32,000 nt of DNA from Candidatus Heimdallarchaeota archaeon (GCA_030614005.1 JAUWKS010000021.1:19345-51344), one strand, 5' to 3'; shown: positions 18,905-27,452, numbered from the stretch's first letter. Notes: generated by a model not told the origin, from the letters alone. A program made the numbers and translations.

Positions 18905-19830
18905 GCCTTTCTCACCTTGCTTAATTCTTCGTTCAAGTTCTCCGCTCTTTCTTCCTCAATGATAGCGATTTTTCCATTACCATTCTCTTGTCCCAACTTT
19001 CTCTCAAAAACAACCCTTTCAAAAGAAATGTCTCTCATCTCAAGACGACCATACCCGCTTTTTCCGCCTCTTCCTAAATGAGTTATTCCGAAAATTCCTT
19101 TTACGAGTAATCCTAGCAACCATTGCGGTAATTCTTTAGAGAATTCCACATAGAATTGAAACTCTCCGGAGAAATATTGTTCAGAGAAATCCTGAAGTGG
19201 TTTTTTGTCTCTTCTGGATGAGTGGCGATTCTCTGTTGAAATATACACAAATGAAAGACCGGTTTGTTTGGTTATTTTGTCCAATGGTTTGTCTGTCTGA
19301 ATGATAGCATCGCTCCAGACTCTAATAGGGGATTCTTCACCTAACATTCCGAATAATTGTCTAATGGCACAAGGATTTTCTCCACAAGCACCCATGAGAT
19401 GTTCGTGTTCAAGAAGAGTCGATTTACCAGTTCCTTGAAATCTTTCCTTTAAAGTTGGAGAACAATAATCAATTCCTTTCTGGTGAAGAATATTCATTAT
19501 ACTATGACGAATAGCACCACGTATTCCTTTAACCACTCGAGAGACTCCTTTATCATCTTTGAGGATTGTTAGTTGGACTTTCGCATCAGCTTTTTTCCCT
19601 TCTGCTTTTACTCGCAAATCATTGAAATCATCAAAGATACTATCTTTGTTTTGTCTCAAGAAATCCTCTAATTCTGCTACTTTAACATTGGTCTTTCCAA
19701 TATATTGGTAGGGTATTTCTCCTCCTCTCATCAAGTAAGAGCTTTTTCCACTACTACTATTCAGTGGTTTCGCCCACCACGCTTGAACTTTTACTGATAT
19801 TCTGTTGAACTCGTTTTTCATAATAATCAT
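18886..19830 (-). CDS. cas7: Cas7-group RAMP protein (Csm3/Cmr4-like)
   Basis: KGIRGAIRH (the 'SSLKGALR' helix), ACGENPCAIRQLFG (Zn-binding C..C..LFG), thumb region ENRHSSRRDK, and G-loop HLGRGGKSGYGRL. Confidence 0.86.
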   Translation of the reverse strand: MIIMKNEFNRISVKVQAWWAKPLNSSSGKSSYLMRGGEIPYQYIGKTNVKVAELEDFLRQNKDSIFDDFNDLRVKAEGKKADAKVQLTILKDDKGVSRVVKGIRGAIRHSIMNILHQKGIDYCSPTLKERFQGTGKSTLLEHEHLMGACGENPCAIRQLFGMLGEESPIRVWSDAIIQTDKPLDKITKQTGLSFVYISTENRHSSRRDKKPLQDFSEQYFSGEFQFYVEFSKELPQWLLGLLVKGIFGITHLGRGGKSGYGRLEMRDISFERVVFERKLGQENGNGKIAIIEEERAENLNEELSKVRKAWQNHN

Positions 19831-19920
19831 TCCGTATATACAAAAATATATACAAAAGATAACATATAAACGTACCTAATAAGCAGCTTTTAATAATATA
19901 TAAGTCAATAATTTATTATT
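19831..19920. promoter_or_regulatory. Divergent promoter region between cas7 and abrB with an 11-bp tandem repeat
   Basis: 90-bp AT-rich spacer with TATATACAAAA at 19835-19845 and 19847-19857, plus TATA-like TATATAAG near 19897. Confidence 0.45.
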
Positions 19921-20106
19921 ATGAACAAAGATCAAGATTCAGAAACCTTTCTGAAGAAAAAATACAAACTTACTAAAGTAGGAAATTCATTCAAAATAAC
20001 TTTACCAGTTGATTTTGTGAAAGGATTTGGGTTTGAAGAAGGGGAAGATCTAACAATAGCAATTGATATTGCAAATAAACGTTTTATTATAACTAAAGAG
20101 GAGTAA
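19921..20106 (+). CDS. AbrB/MazE/SpoVT-family DNA-binding protein
   Basis: 61 aa, KLTKVGNSFKITLPVDFVKGFGFEEGEDLTIAID, the typical swapped-hairpin pattern; ends 2 nt before the next gene. Confidence 0.82.
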   Translation: MNKDQDSETFLKKKYKLTKVGNSFKITLPVDFVKGFGFEEGEDLTIAIDIANKRFIITKEE

Positions 20107-20108
20107 TT

Positions 20109-21302
20109 ATGTCTATTGACAATATTTTAGGACAGATTAAACTAGCGGAAGAAAATCTCTTCGAAGAAGATCGACATAAAAGACAAGAGGCAATTCATAC
20201 ATTTCCTCGAATTTTAAATGCTAGAAATTATACAGTAAGAGAAGCATTGAGAGTAAAAGGACTAATTAAACCAATTATCCCAAAACTTATTGAGATAATG
20301 AAAACTGATGCTGATATTGGTTTACGCAAAATTGCTGCAAAATCTTTAGGTGATATGCCAATCTATGATGGTATCTACAAAGAGTTGCTTGAGATTTTTA
20401 AGCTTGGAGAGATGGAGAATGAATTAAGTTGGGCGGTAGGTGAGAAATTATTTAATTTTCCAGATTCTTATCTTGATATCAAAGAAATACTTCTTGAGAT
20501 GCTACAATCGAATAACCATAATCATAGAATACTAGGTTTAGCAATGATTCGAAAATATCGGGAAAGCTCAGGTCGTTCAGGAAACGAATATCTAGGTTCT
20601 GTTTCAAGAATTCAACTTGAGAAGGATTGGTTACTAATTCTCCGTAATTTAGTCCGAGAGGCTAAAACTGAAGAAGATGCTCAACCTGCCTATGTTACTC
20701 TTGAAAAAATCTCTCCCGATAAATCAGCTGAACGAAAATTATTCCAGAAGGAATTATTATACAAAGTTATGTATGAAATTCTTGTCAAAATCCAACCTGA
20801 AATCCAAGTGCAGTTAACTAGAATTATGGAATTAACAACTCCTCTAATACAAGAACATGGTAAAATCCCCAAAAGAGCTGAATTAACTAACCTTGATTAT
20901 ACCAAAGAACTCCATGAGGCGACAATAAAGGAACTTGTTCAAAACGAAGATATCAAAGGAGAGTATTTTGAATTGGAGCAAGTTTTTGTCAAAAAAGGCA
21001 AAGAAATAAAGTTTTCCTTGACTTCATCCAAAATTGCTAAGAAATATTTGTGCAACAATTGTGGTTCCTCTATTAAGCATGAGGATCAAACTTGTTCAAC
21101 CTGTAAAGAAGAAATCCTCAAATGTAATGTTTGCAAACTGCCAATTTCCTTTGGAGAAGAAATAGGTATATGTAAACATTGTAAATCTAAGTCTCATTTG
21201 AGCCATCTTCAAGAATGGGTGAAAATAAAGGGAAAATGCCCCACTTGTCAAAAAAAGTTGCAGTCGGAAGAGATTATAACACTTTCTAAGAACTCAAACT
21301 AA
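20109..21302 (+). CDS. HEAT-repeat protein with C-terminal zinc ribbon and RING-like domain
   Basis: HEAT-like units (DADIGLRKIAAKSLGDM, NHNHRILGLAMIRK), then CNNC...CSTC and CNVCKLPI...CKHC...HLSH..EW...CPTC. Confidence 0.75.
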   Translation: MSIDNILGQIKLAEENLFEEDRHKRQEAIHTFPRILNARNYTVREALRVKGLIKPIIPKLIEIMKTDADIGLRKIAAKSLGDMPIYDGIYKELLEIFKLGEMENELSWAVGEKLFNFPDSYLDIKEILLEMLQSNNHNHRILGLAMIRKYRESSGRSGNEYLGSVSRIQLEKDWLLILRNLVREAKTEEDAQPAYVTLEKISPDKSAERKLFQKELLYKVMYEILVKIQPEIQVQLTRIMELTTPLIQEHGKIPKRAELTNLDYTKELHEATIKELVQNEDIKGEYFELEQVFVKKGKEIKFSLTSSKIAKKYLCNNCGSSIKHEDQTCSTCKEEILKCNVCKLPISFGEEIGICKHCKSKSHLSHLQEWVKIKGKCPTCQKKLQSEEIITLSKNSN

Positions 21303-21365
21303 GGGGCACTTAAGTAAGGAAAAAATTAGTACAATACTGATATTAACCTGTAAGAGAGAATAATT

Positions 21366-22937
21366 TTGCTAAAGCCACTTTCTTGGACAAATGACCCATT
21401 ATTATTTGATAGTGAACCTTCTCCAGTTAATAAGTGGATAAATGCTAATGAGCTTATTCAACAGAACCGGAGTAAAGAGATTTTTCTCCCAGAAAGTCAA
21501 CAGTTACATCTCTATCCTATAATGGTTCGTAGGAATGATTTTGTTCGGTTGAAATCTTCTGACCGAATCATGGCTCGATTTCCATTCATGGAAATTAGCG
21601 AGGAAAGTCAAGAACGAATCATGGATAAGATCCTTCTTCTCTCTGAATTAACTCGAGACTACTTTTACAAATCTATCAATAAATCAATTCTTCAATGGAA
21701 AGAGGACATTCTAAGATATCTAAAGCGAGGAGCAATTCCTTATCCAATAGTAAGGAGTTTCTTCGAATTAGAACCAAGTTTTTTTTCTATGTATAATAAG
21801 ACCTCTCTTCACTTCACAAGTGCTCGTGGAGAAGAGTTCAAGATGCCGACCACATTAACGAAAGAGCTTGCCTATCTTGCGGGGATGGTCAATGGTGATG
21901 GTAACTTGCAAAAATATACTCTACGAATCGTCGACTTTTCCATTACGAATATCAAGCAGCTCCAAAAGATGTTCCAGGATTATTTCGCACAAACAGGGAA
22001 CATTCTCTTTAAAACACCCAACAGTCCGGAAGTAGTGATAACGAATCTCTGGGTGGTAAGGTTATTCTCATTCTTAACAGGACAACCAATTGTAATGAAG
22101 AAGTATGCCCATCTAGGTGAACCATTGATCTTCAAACAAGAGCTTTATCGTTCCTATTACTGGTCTGGAGTGATGGATGCAGATGGGAGTTACAGGAATA
22201 GGAATGTTAAATTTGTAAGTGCTTCTATAAAGTACGTAAAAGATTTCAAAAAATTTCTTTTTGAAAATAAAATAGACTCTAAATTGACTGAGAGAGAGGA
22301 TAATACAGTTATCTTGTACATCCCAGCTAGATTCTATACACAGTTATCGAAATTGTTGACTTGTTTACACCCAGAAAAGAAACACGAGTTTAATAAATTG
22401 AAAATAACTCCCTATCGCTCAGCAACTTTTTTTGCGGGATTCAAAAAATCAACTCTAGTCAATGGTTATTTCAATTTCAGACTTATAGGTAATCTAAGTG
22501 TAGCTAATTTAGGAGACACAATTCGTCAATTCCGAGGAAAACAATCAAGAAAAGCTTTTATCGAAAAAGTATCTATTAGTGAAAGAGCATTACAAAATAT
22601 AGAAAAAGGGAAAATGAGTATAAACATTCTGCTTTTAGATGAAATATTAAAACAAAGAAACCAACTGCTGATGTCTTTTCTCTCTCAACAAGAAGCAAGT
22701 CTTTATCACATTCGAAGTTCAACACCTGTGAAACTCGCTACACAACCGAACACACAGCTCGCATCTCTACTGAAATCATTACTCTTTTACAAGAAATGTC
22801 TCAAAATTCCGAATAGTAGCGATAAACTTGCTAAAGAACTAAAAGCTTATTTTCAAGTAACTATAAAAAACAATCAAATAACCAACAAATTACTTTTACT
22901 ATTCTTTTCTACTTTTTGTGAGACAAAACTTTTCTAA
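21366..22937 (+). CDS. Free-standing double-LAGLIDADG endonuclease-like protein with an XRE-type HTH
   Basis: LAYLAGMVNGDG and YWSGVMDADGS motifs; HTH segment LGDTIRQFRG..SRKAFIEKVSISERALQNIEKG; no intein splice-junction motifs seen. Confidence 0.85.
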   Translation: MLKPLSWTNDPLLFDSEPSPVNKWINANELIQQNRSKEIFLPESQQLHLYPIMVRRNDFVRLKSSDRIMARFPFMEISEESQERIMDKILLLSELTRDYFYKSINKSILQWKEDILRYLKRGAIPYPIVRSFFELEPSFFSMYNKTSLHFTSARGEEFKMPTTLTKELAYLAGMVNGDGNLQKYTLRIVDFSITNIKQLQKMFQDYFAQTGNILFKTPNSPEVVITNLWVVRLFSFLTGQPIVMKKYAHLGEPLIFKQELYRSYYWSGVMDADGSYRNRNVKFVSASIKYVKDFKKFLFENKIDSKLTEREDNTVILYIPARFYTQLSKLLTCLHPEKKHEFNKLKITPYRSATFFAGFKKSTLVNGYFNFRLIGNLSVANLGDTIRQFRGKQSRKAFIEKVSISERALQNIEKGKMSINILLLDEILKQRNQLLMSFLSQQEASLYHIRSSTPVKLATQPNTQLASLLKSLLFYKKCLKIPNSSDKLAKELKAYFQVTIKNNQITNKLLLLFFSTFCETKLF

Positions 22938-23025
22938 AATTCTGATAAAATATTAGAAAAAATAGGAATAAACTGAACTTCAAATTTACCTAATGTACAA
23001 GAGGGGTATTTCGAGGCATTTTTGG

Positions 23026-23057
23026 GCTTTAAAATGACTTTCTTGCTGTTTTAAAGC
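23026..23057. repeat. 9-bp perfect inverted repeat (possible operator or hairpin)
   Basis: GCTTTAAAA (23026-34), a 14-nt spacer, then TTTTAAAGC (23049-57). Confidence 0.5.
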
Positions 23058-23088
23058 ACTTAGAATCGACCTTTGATTTATGCTTTCA

Positions 23089-23192
23089 GACTTTTTTGCG
23101 AGAAGTGGTTTTTTCTCATATTCTAGTTATTCCTCGGTAAGTTTTATGATTTTTTTGTGAGTAATCTGTGAGCTTTTTGGACTTTTTTGTGA
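23089..23192 (+). repeat. Three copies of the 13-bp motif GAYTTTTTTGYGA
   Basis: GACTTTTTTGCGA at 23089-23101, GATTTTTTTGTGA at 23148-23160 and GACTTTTTTGTGA at 23180-23192, upstream of the wHTH-cas1 operon. Confidence 0.7.
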
Positions 23193-23242
23193 TTTAGTAC
23201 TTTAAATGGTAATTTTGTCAAGTAAATGAACAAGGGATATTT

Positions 23243-23983
23243 ATGTCGATTCATGATCCATTGATTCTAAAAACAAGTTCGAAGTATTCATTACCTGAAT
23301 TTAACTCTAAGGTTAAATTCACTTCTGTAATGGAAGAAGTGCTGTACACACTCTTAACTTTCTTCATCCTAAGTGGTGAATCAAAATTTACAAATGTGGT
23401 GAATGATTTGATAGGTGTACTTGATCGTTCCCAAAATGCTATTGGCTCTGCCTTAAAATCTCTTGAACAGTTGGAGCTACTAGCTTATTATCGAGATGGT
23501 AGATTTAGAACCGTCGAACTACATCTAGAAAATGATTTCCTGAAAAGCGTTACTGCAAGATTCTTTGGAATAACTGATTTTACGAGTATGAAATGCAAGA
23601 AATTGAAGCAAATGCTCTTTGGTTTTTATCCAATACTTGATTTTGAGCGAACCATGACAATGTTTCAAAACGAAACTGAGCGTTTGGTTTTGTTGGTGGA
23701 TGATTACCAACACTTGTTTGATTGGGTTAATAAAATTGAGGAATTGGAAAGATTAGCGAAAATTACTCACTCTACTGATGATACTGTTGATGACAATCCA
23801 ATTTTATTATTTATCGATAAAATTGTATGTGCGATAAAATATAAAAAAATGCAACAAACTGCTGATCTAACATTTCAAGAATTATCTGAAATCGTTAATG
23901 AGATTGTTTCAGAATTTCAAAAAATTCCTCCTTGGTCAAATGATGCTGTAAGTGGAAGGTGTAATATTTGGACTCACATATAG
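23243..23983 (+). CDS. Winged-HTH domain protein
   Basis: FTNVVNDLIGVLDRSQNAIGSALKSLEQLELLAYYRDGRFRTVEL wHTH pattern with a helical C-terminus; overlaps the next gene by 16 nt. Confidence 0.68.
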   Translation: MSIHDPLILKTSSKYSLPEFNSKVKFTSVMEEVLYTLLTFFILSGESKFTNVVNDLIGVLDRSQNAIGSALKSLEQLELLAYYRDGRFRTVELHLENDFLKSVTARFFGITDFTSMKCKKLKQMLFGFYPILDFERTMTMFQNETERLVLLVDDYQHLFDWVNKIEELERLAKITHSTDDTVDDNPILLFIDKIVCAIKYKKMQQTADLTFQELSEIVNEIVSEFQKIPPWSNDAVSGRCNIWTHI

Positions 23984-25986
23984 GAGGATTTGTTGTGAGT
24001 TATACAAAAAACGAGCTCAGAGAACGAATTTTCTCACTTTTCACTCAGGATGAGATCGGCATGGTTGGTCTCTCTAACAGAGAAGTTTCAGAACTAATTG
24101 GCAAGGAATCGAAGGATACCAATCAAGTATTGAAGGGATTAGCTGATGCTGGCAGGTTATCACGCAAGAAGATTAAACGTGGTGTTGATCCAAAAGTTTT
24201 CGTTTACTTTTCACCATCTTTTGAAGTAATTGATGAAGCTCCCGAAAGGCTTTGTAATAACTGCCAAAGACTATCTGGTTTAGAGAAATGTATTTTGCTT
24301 AGATTAGTAAAAGAAACAGCTGCTTGGGCTTTACGTGATGACTTAAAAGCACGTGCAAATGCAATTAGTTTGTTAGGTGTTGAAGGTTGTGACTTTCATG
24401 ATCCTAGACAAAAAGGTCAGTGTAAGTGTAAAACGATGAAGGATTTTCTCAACACTAATACTGATCCTGTTACCTTTGAAGTTCGTTGCCCTATAGATCG
24501 ATGCCGTGAAGTCATTGATGAGCTCAGTATTTCTCTAGAAAAAAAGAACATAGGTGCGAACACTTTGTATTGTCCTCATTGTGGTTCTCCTATCAATTTC
24601 ACCTTCAACCATAGTTTAGGGAGATACAATGTTCAATACTATGATAGTCGTTTTGATATTATGCAACGAGATTATAAACTGATCACAGGTATGGATCTTG
24701 AGAGTAGGTATGTTTCAGATCGTTCCCATGGTTTTTCTCTTGTAAAAGAAGAGAGTTTTCATCTTGATTTAGAGAATAATGAAACTATCTATATTGGAAA
24801 TGAATTAACCCCTACTGAGTTTATAGATTCAAAAGATCTTGCTTATTTTTCTTTGAATCAATTGGATTACATAGCGGTAAAGGATGCTGATGATTATCTC
24901 TATCTAAGAGACAAATTGCATGAAATTGATCCTGCGACAAATAAATCTCTCTATTATAATATTGAGCTTTTACACTCAAGTAAACCAATTGAGAGTACAG
25001 AACCGTCATTAAAGGAAATCGGTGGTAATGAGATTCTAATCGCAACAGGAGCAATATTCTTTCCGATGTTTTTCTCCAATATTCTTGACCGGAGAGCAGT
25101 TCTTAAAAAGAAAATGGTTGATATGACAGATACTGAATTTCGAAGTGATTTCAAAAGCGCTCTAGCACGTTTTGATAGGAATATCAAGAAATATCGCACT
25201 CCTTGGAACATTTCCTCTCGAGAATGGCAACAGAATGAAGGTGGTTTTGCTAGCCTAATGGACACTCCATTCAAACAAGAAGCTGAGAAATATGGATTCG
25301 AGAATCTTTCGAGAGAGAAATCTAGGATGGTCCGAGGGGAACCTTTCATGCATTATGGATTATTCACTGCTCGAGCACCTAAAGCGAGTTTTGAAAATGG
25401 TGTGAATAAAGTAACTGATAGATACATTAAGGAAAAAATCTATAATGATCTTTCTGTTCCGTGGAATGATTTGCGAGGATGGTGCCATAGAAAATACTCC
25501 TTTGGTTTGTTTCTGGATTATATTGAACCACCTAGAGCAGTTGCACCATTATGGATAAATGAAGCTATTAGAAATAAAGAGATCACTCCGAATGATTTTA
25601 AGATAGAGCGAGGAAAAAGGTTTGAGAAATTCTATTATATTAAACCTAATTCTCATGCACACGAAGTTGTGAAACGAGTAAGCAATCAAATTCTCTGCAC
25701 AAGATTTACTCTTACTACTGGCTCGGAGCTTACAATGAAACAGATGATAGAGAAATCTGTTACTCAATTAAAACAACTCTTAAATCGACTTTCTAACTCT
25801 ACTGTTGAATTATTTACAGAAAACAGAATAAATGGTCCTGTAAAGACCATCTGGAAGAAACTACAAGAAACAAACAACAAGAACTACTTGACTGCCAAAG
25901 AATATCAAATGTTACAAAAACATGTTCAACATTTCTTCCGAGAAGAATTTTCTTTTGAACCTTATACAATTGCTGAGATTCAGTAG
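23968..25986 (+). CDS. cas1: Highly diverged Cas1-family integrase with N-terminal wHTH and Cys-rich Zn-binding region
   Basis: C-terminal half has QNEGGFA (Glu codon 25237-39) and RGWCHRKYSFGLFLDYIEPPR. His (25486-88), Asp at +10 and Glu at +13 match the E. coli Cas1 H208/D218/D221 spacing. N-terminus has a wHTH and CNNC, CDFH, CKC, CPIDRC and CPHC motifs. Confidence 0.8.
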   Translation: MDSHIGGFVVSYTKNELRERIFSLFTQDEIGMVGLSNREVSELIGKESKDTNQVLKGLADAGRLSRKKIKRGVDPKVFVYFSPSFEVIDEAPERLCNNCQRLSGLEKCILLRLVKETAAWALRDDLKARANAISLLGVEGCDFHDPRQKGQCKCKTMKDFLNTNTDPVTFEVRCPIDRCREVIDELSISLEKKNIGANTLYCPHCGSPINFTFNHSLGRYNVQYYDSRFDIMQRDYKLITGMDLESRYVSDRSHGFSLVKEESFHLDLENNETIYIGNELTPTEFIDSKDLAYFSLNQLDYIAVKDADDYLYLRDKLHEIDPATNKSLYYNIELLHSSKPIESTEPSLKEIGGNEILIATGAIFFPMFFSNILDRRAVLKKKMVDMTDTEFRSDFKSALARFDRNIKKYRTPWNISSREWQQNEGGFASLMDTPFKQEAEKYGFENLSREKSRMVRGEPFMHYGLFTARAPKASFENGVNKVTDRYIKEKIYNDLSVPWNDLRGWCHRKYSFGLFLDYIEPPRAVAPLWINEAIRNKEITPNDFKIERGKRFEKFYYIKPNSHAHEVVKRVSNQILCTRFTLTTGSELTMKQMIEKSVTQLKQLLNRLSNSTVELFTENRINGPVKTIWKKLQETNNKNYLTAKEYQMLQKHVQHFFREEFSFEPYTIAEIQ

Positions 25987-25998
25987 GATGATGAGAAA

Positions 25999-26685
25999 AT
26001 GACAAAAAAACATGCAACCATAACAATATATGATTCTCTAAGAGATTTGAATAGAGTTATTGCTCTTATACTGGTAGATGGTGATTCAAGAATTCGAATA
26101 ATGGAAAATAGGCTCAACTATAGATCTGTTTTACACAAAGTTGTTTCTAAAGGATTCATTCGTACACATGAGATAGTTACTAATTGGCTAATAGAATTAT
26201 TTGAAAATGGGGAAACAACTTCTCTAACGTTTCATGAGATAATGGATAAACTACCTTGGTCCTGGGATACGACTCGAGAGTACTTTGATTCTTTAGAAGA
26301 AGAAGGTATTGTACAATATTCACGTGATTCTCAAGGAAGAAAAATTTGCACCTTAACAATTGAAAGTGAGTCTAGAGCAAAGCAGATAGATAATTTGCTC
26401 AAGTTTTCTAAAAGAAATGAAACACACTCACTAAATACTATTTCAGAAGCAAGAAAGGAATTTGCCAAGTATAATACAAAATTGAATGAATGGTTTTGTA
26501 TGAACTATAAAATGAATGATCTGAGTTCTCAGATTAAGCAAGCCCCATTATCTACAGTTGAAAAATTCATCGAGACTATAACCAAAATAATCAATATATC
26601 CAAAGAAGAAGATCTAAGATTGAATCTATTAGACTTTTTGAAGCAATACCCATTATTGCTATATTCAATAAGGAAGGTTGAGTAG
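25999..26685 (+). CDS. Winged-HTH domain protein
   Basis: SLTFHEIMDKLPWSWDTTREYFDSLEEEGIVQYSRDSQGRKICTL wHTH pattern; operonic spacing (12 nt upstream, 2 nt downstream). Confidence 0.68.
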   Translation: MTKKHATITIYDSLRDLNRVIALILVDGDSRIRIMENRLNYRSVLHKVVSKGFIRTHEIVTNWLIELFENGETTSLTFHEIMDKLPWSWDTTREYFDSLEEEGIVQYSRDSQGRKICTLTIESESRAKQIDNLLKFSKRNETHSLNTISEARKEFAKYNTKLNEWFCMNYKMNDLSSQIKQAPLSTVEKFIETITKIINISKEEDLRLNLLDFLKQYPLLLYSIRKVE

Positions 26686-26687
26686 AT

Positions 26688-27452
26688 TTGGTAGTCAGGG
26701 AGTACGAATTAAATCTTAGTGCAACAGAATTTCTATATTTTCTAGATTGCCCCCAGAAATTCAGAATTTATCGTATCCTTAATCCTTTACCATACAAAGA
26801 AAATTTCTTGAGTAGTAGAAGGTCATTATCTTCTTACAAAATGCGAGGATACCAGGGAAAGAAGAGTGATGGTATCGATTATCATAATTTCTTTGAAACA
26901 TTTCATAGAAAGTATGCAAATGTAATCAGTCAAACAATACCCCCAGATGAAGTATGCAAGGACAATGTAAAATTACTTTACTGGACTGAACAACAGAAAA
27001 ACTACTTTACAGCAAAAGAGGATTGTTACTGGTATCCAATTGATAAAGAAATTCGATTAATGACTGAAAAGAAAAGAGGGGTGATAGATTGTATAGAATT
27101 ATGTGAAAAAAGGAATGGTTTTAGGATTATAGATTATAAACCAACATTTGATTCCAATGATCATCTTCTATTGCTGTTTTATGCAAGTTTATTCAACGAA
27201 TATCGCTTAGAGAATAAAGATGAAGGAGAATATGATTTTGATGTTTTGGAGGTTGGTTGTTATTATTATGAAATGGGTGTAAGAAAGGTCTATAATTTGA
27301 AAGAAGTAAACATTTTAGCATTTGAAAGAATTTTTGTTAAGTCATTGGAAAAAATTCTTAATAATGAATTCTTTTTAGATAAAAGCTCTTGTTGGGGTTG
27401 TATTTTCATACGTATCTGTAAGATAGAAAAGAGTAGAGAATATAGATCTTGA
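26688..27452 (+). CDS. cas4: Cas4-like PD-(D/E)xK nuclease with Fe-S ligands
   Basis: N-terminal CPQKF plus C-terminal CWGCIFIRIC give four Cys; GIDYH; E.RL...RGVID; IIDYK. The QxxxY motif is degenerate (LLLFY). Confidence 0.85.
   Translation: MVVREYELNLSATEFLYFLDCPQKFRIYRILNPLPYKENFLSSRRSLSSYKMRGYQGKKSDGIDYHNFFETFHRKYANVISQTIPPDEVCKDNVKLLYWTEQQKNYFTAKEDCYWYPIDKEIRLMTEKKRGVIDCIELCEKRNGFRIIDYKPTFDSNDHLLLLFYASLFNEYRLENKDEGEYDFDVLEVGCYYYEMGVRKVYNLKEVNILAFERIFVKSLEKILNNEFFLDKSSCWGCIFIRICKIEKSREYRS

Noticed and set aside
21366-22937. Intein
   Set aside because: No N-terminal Cys/Ser block A, no C-terminal His-Asn, and no interrupted host protein.
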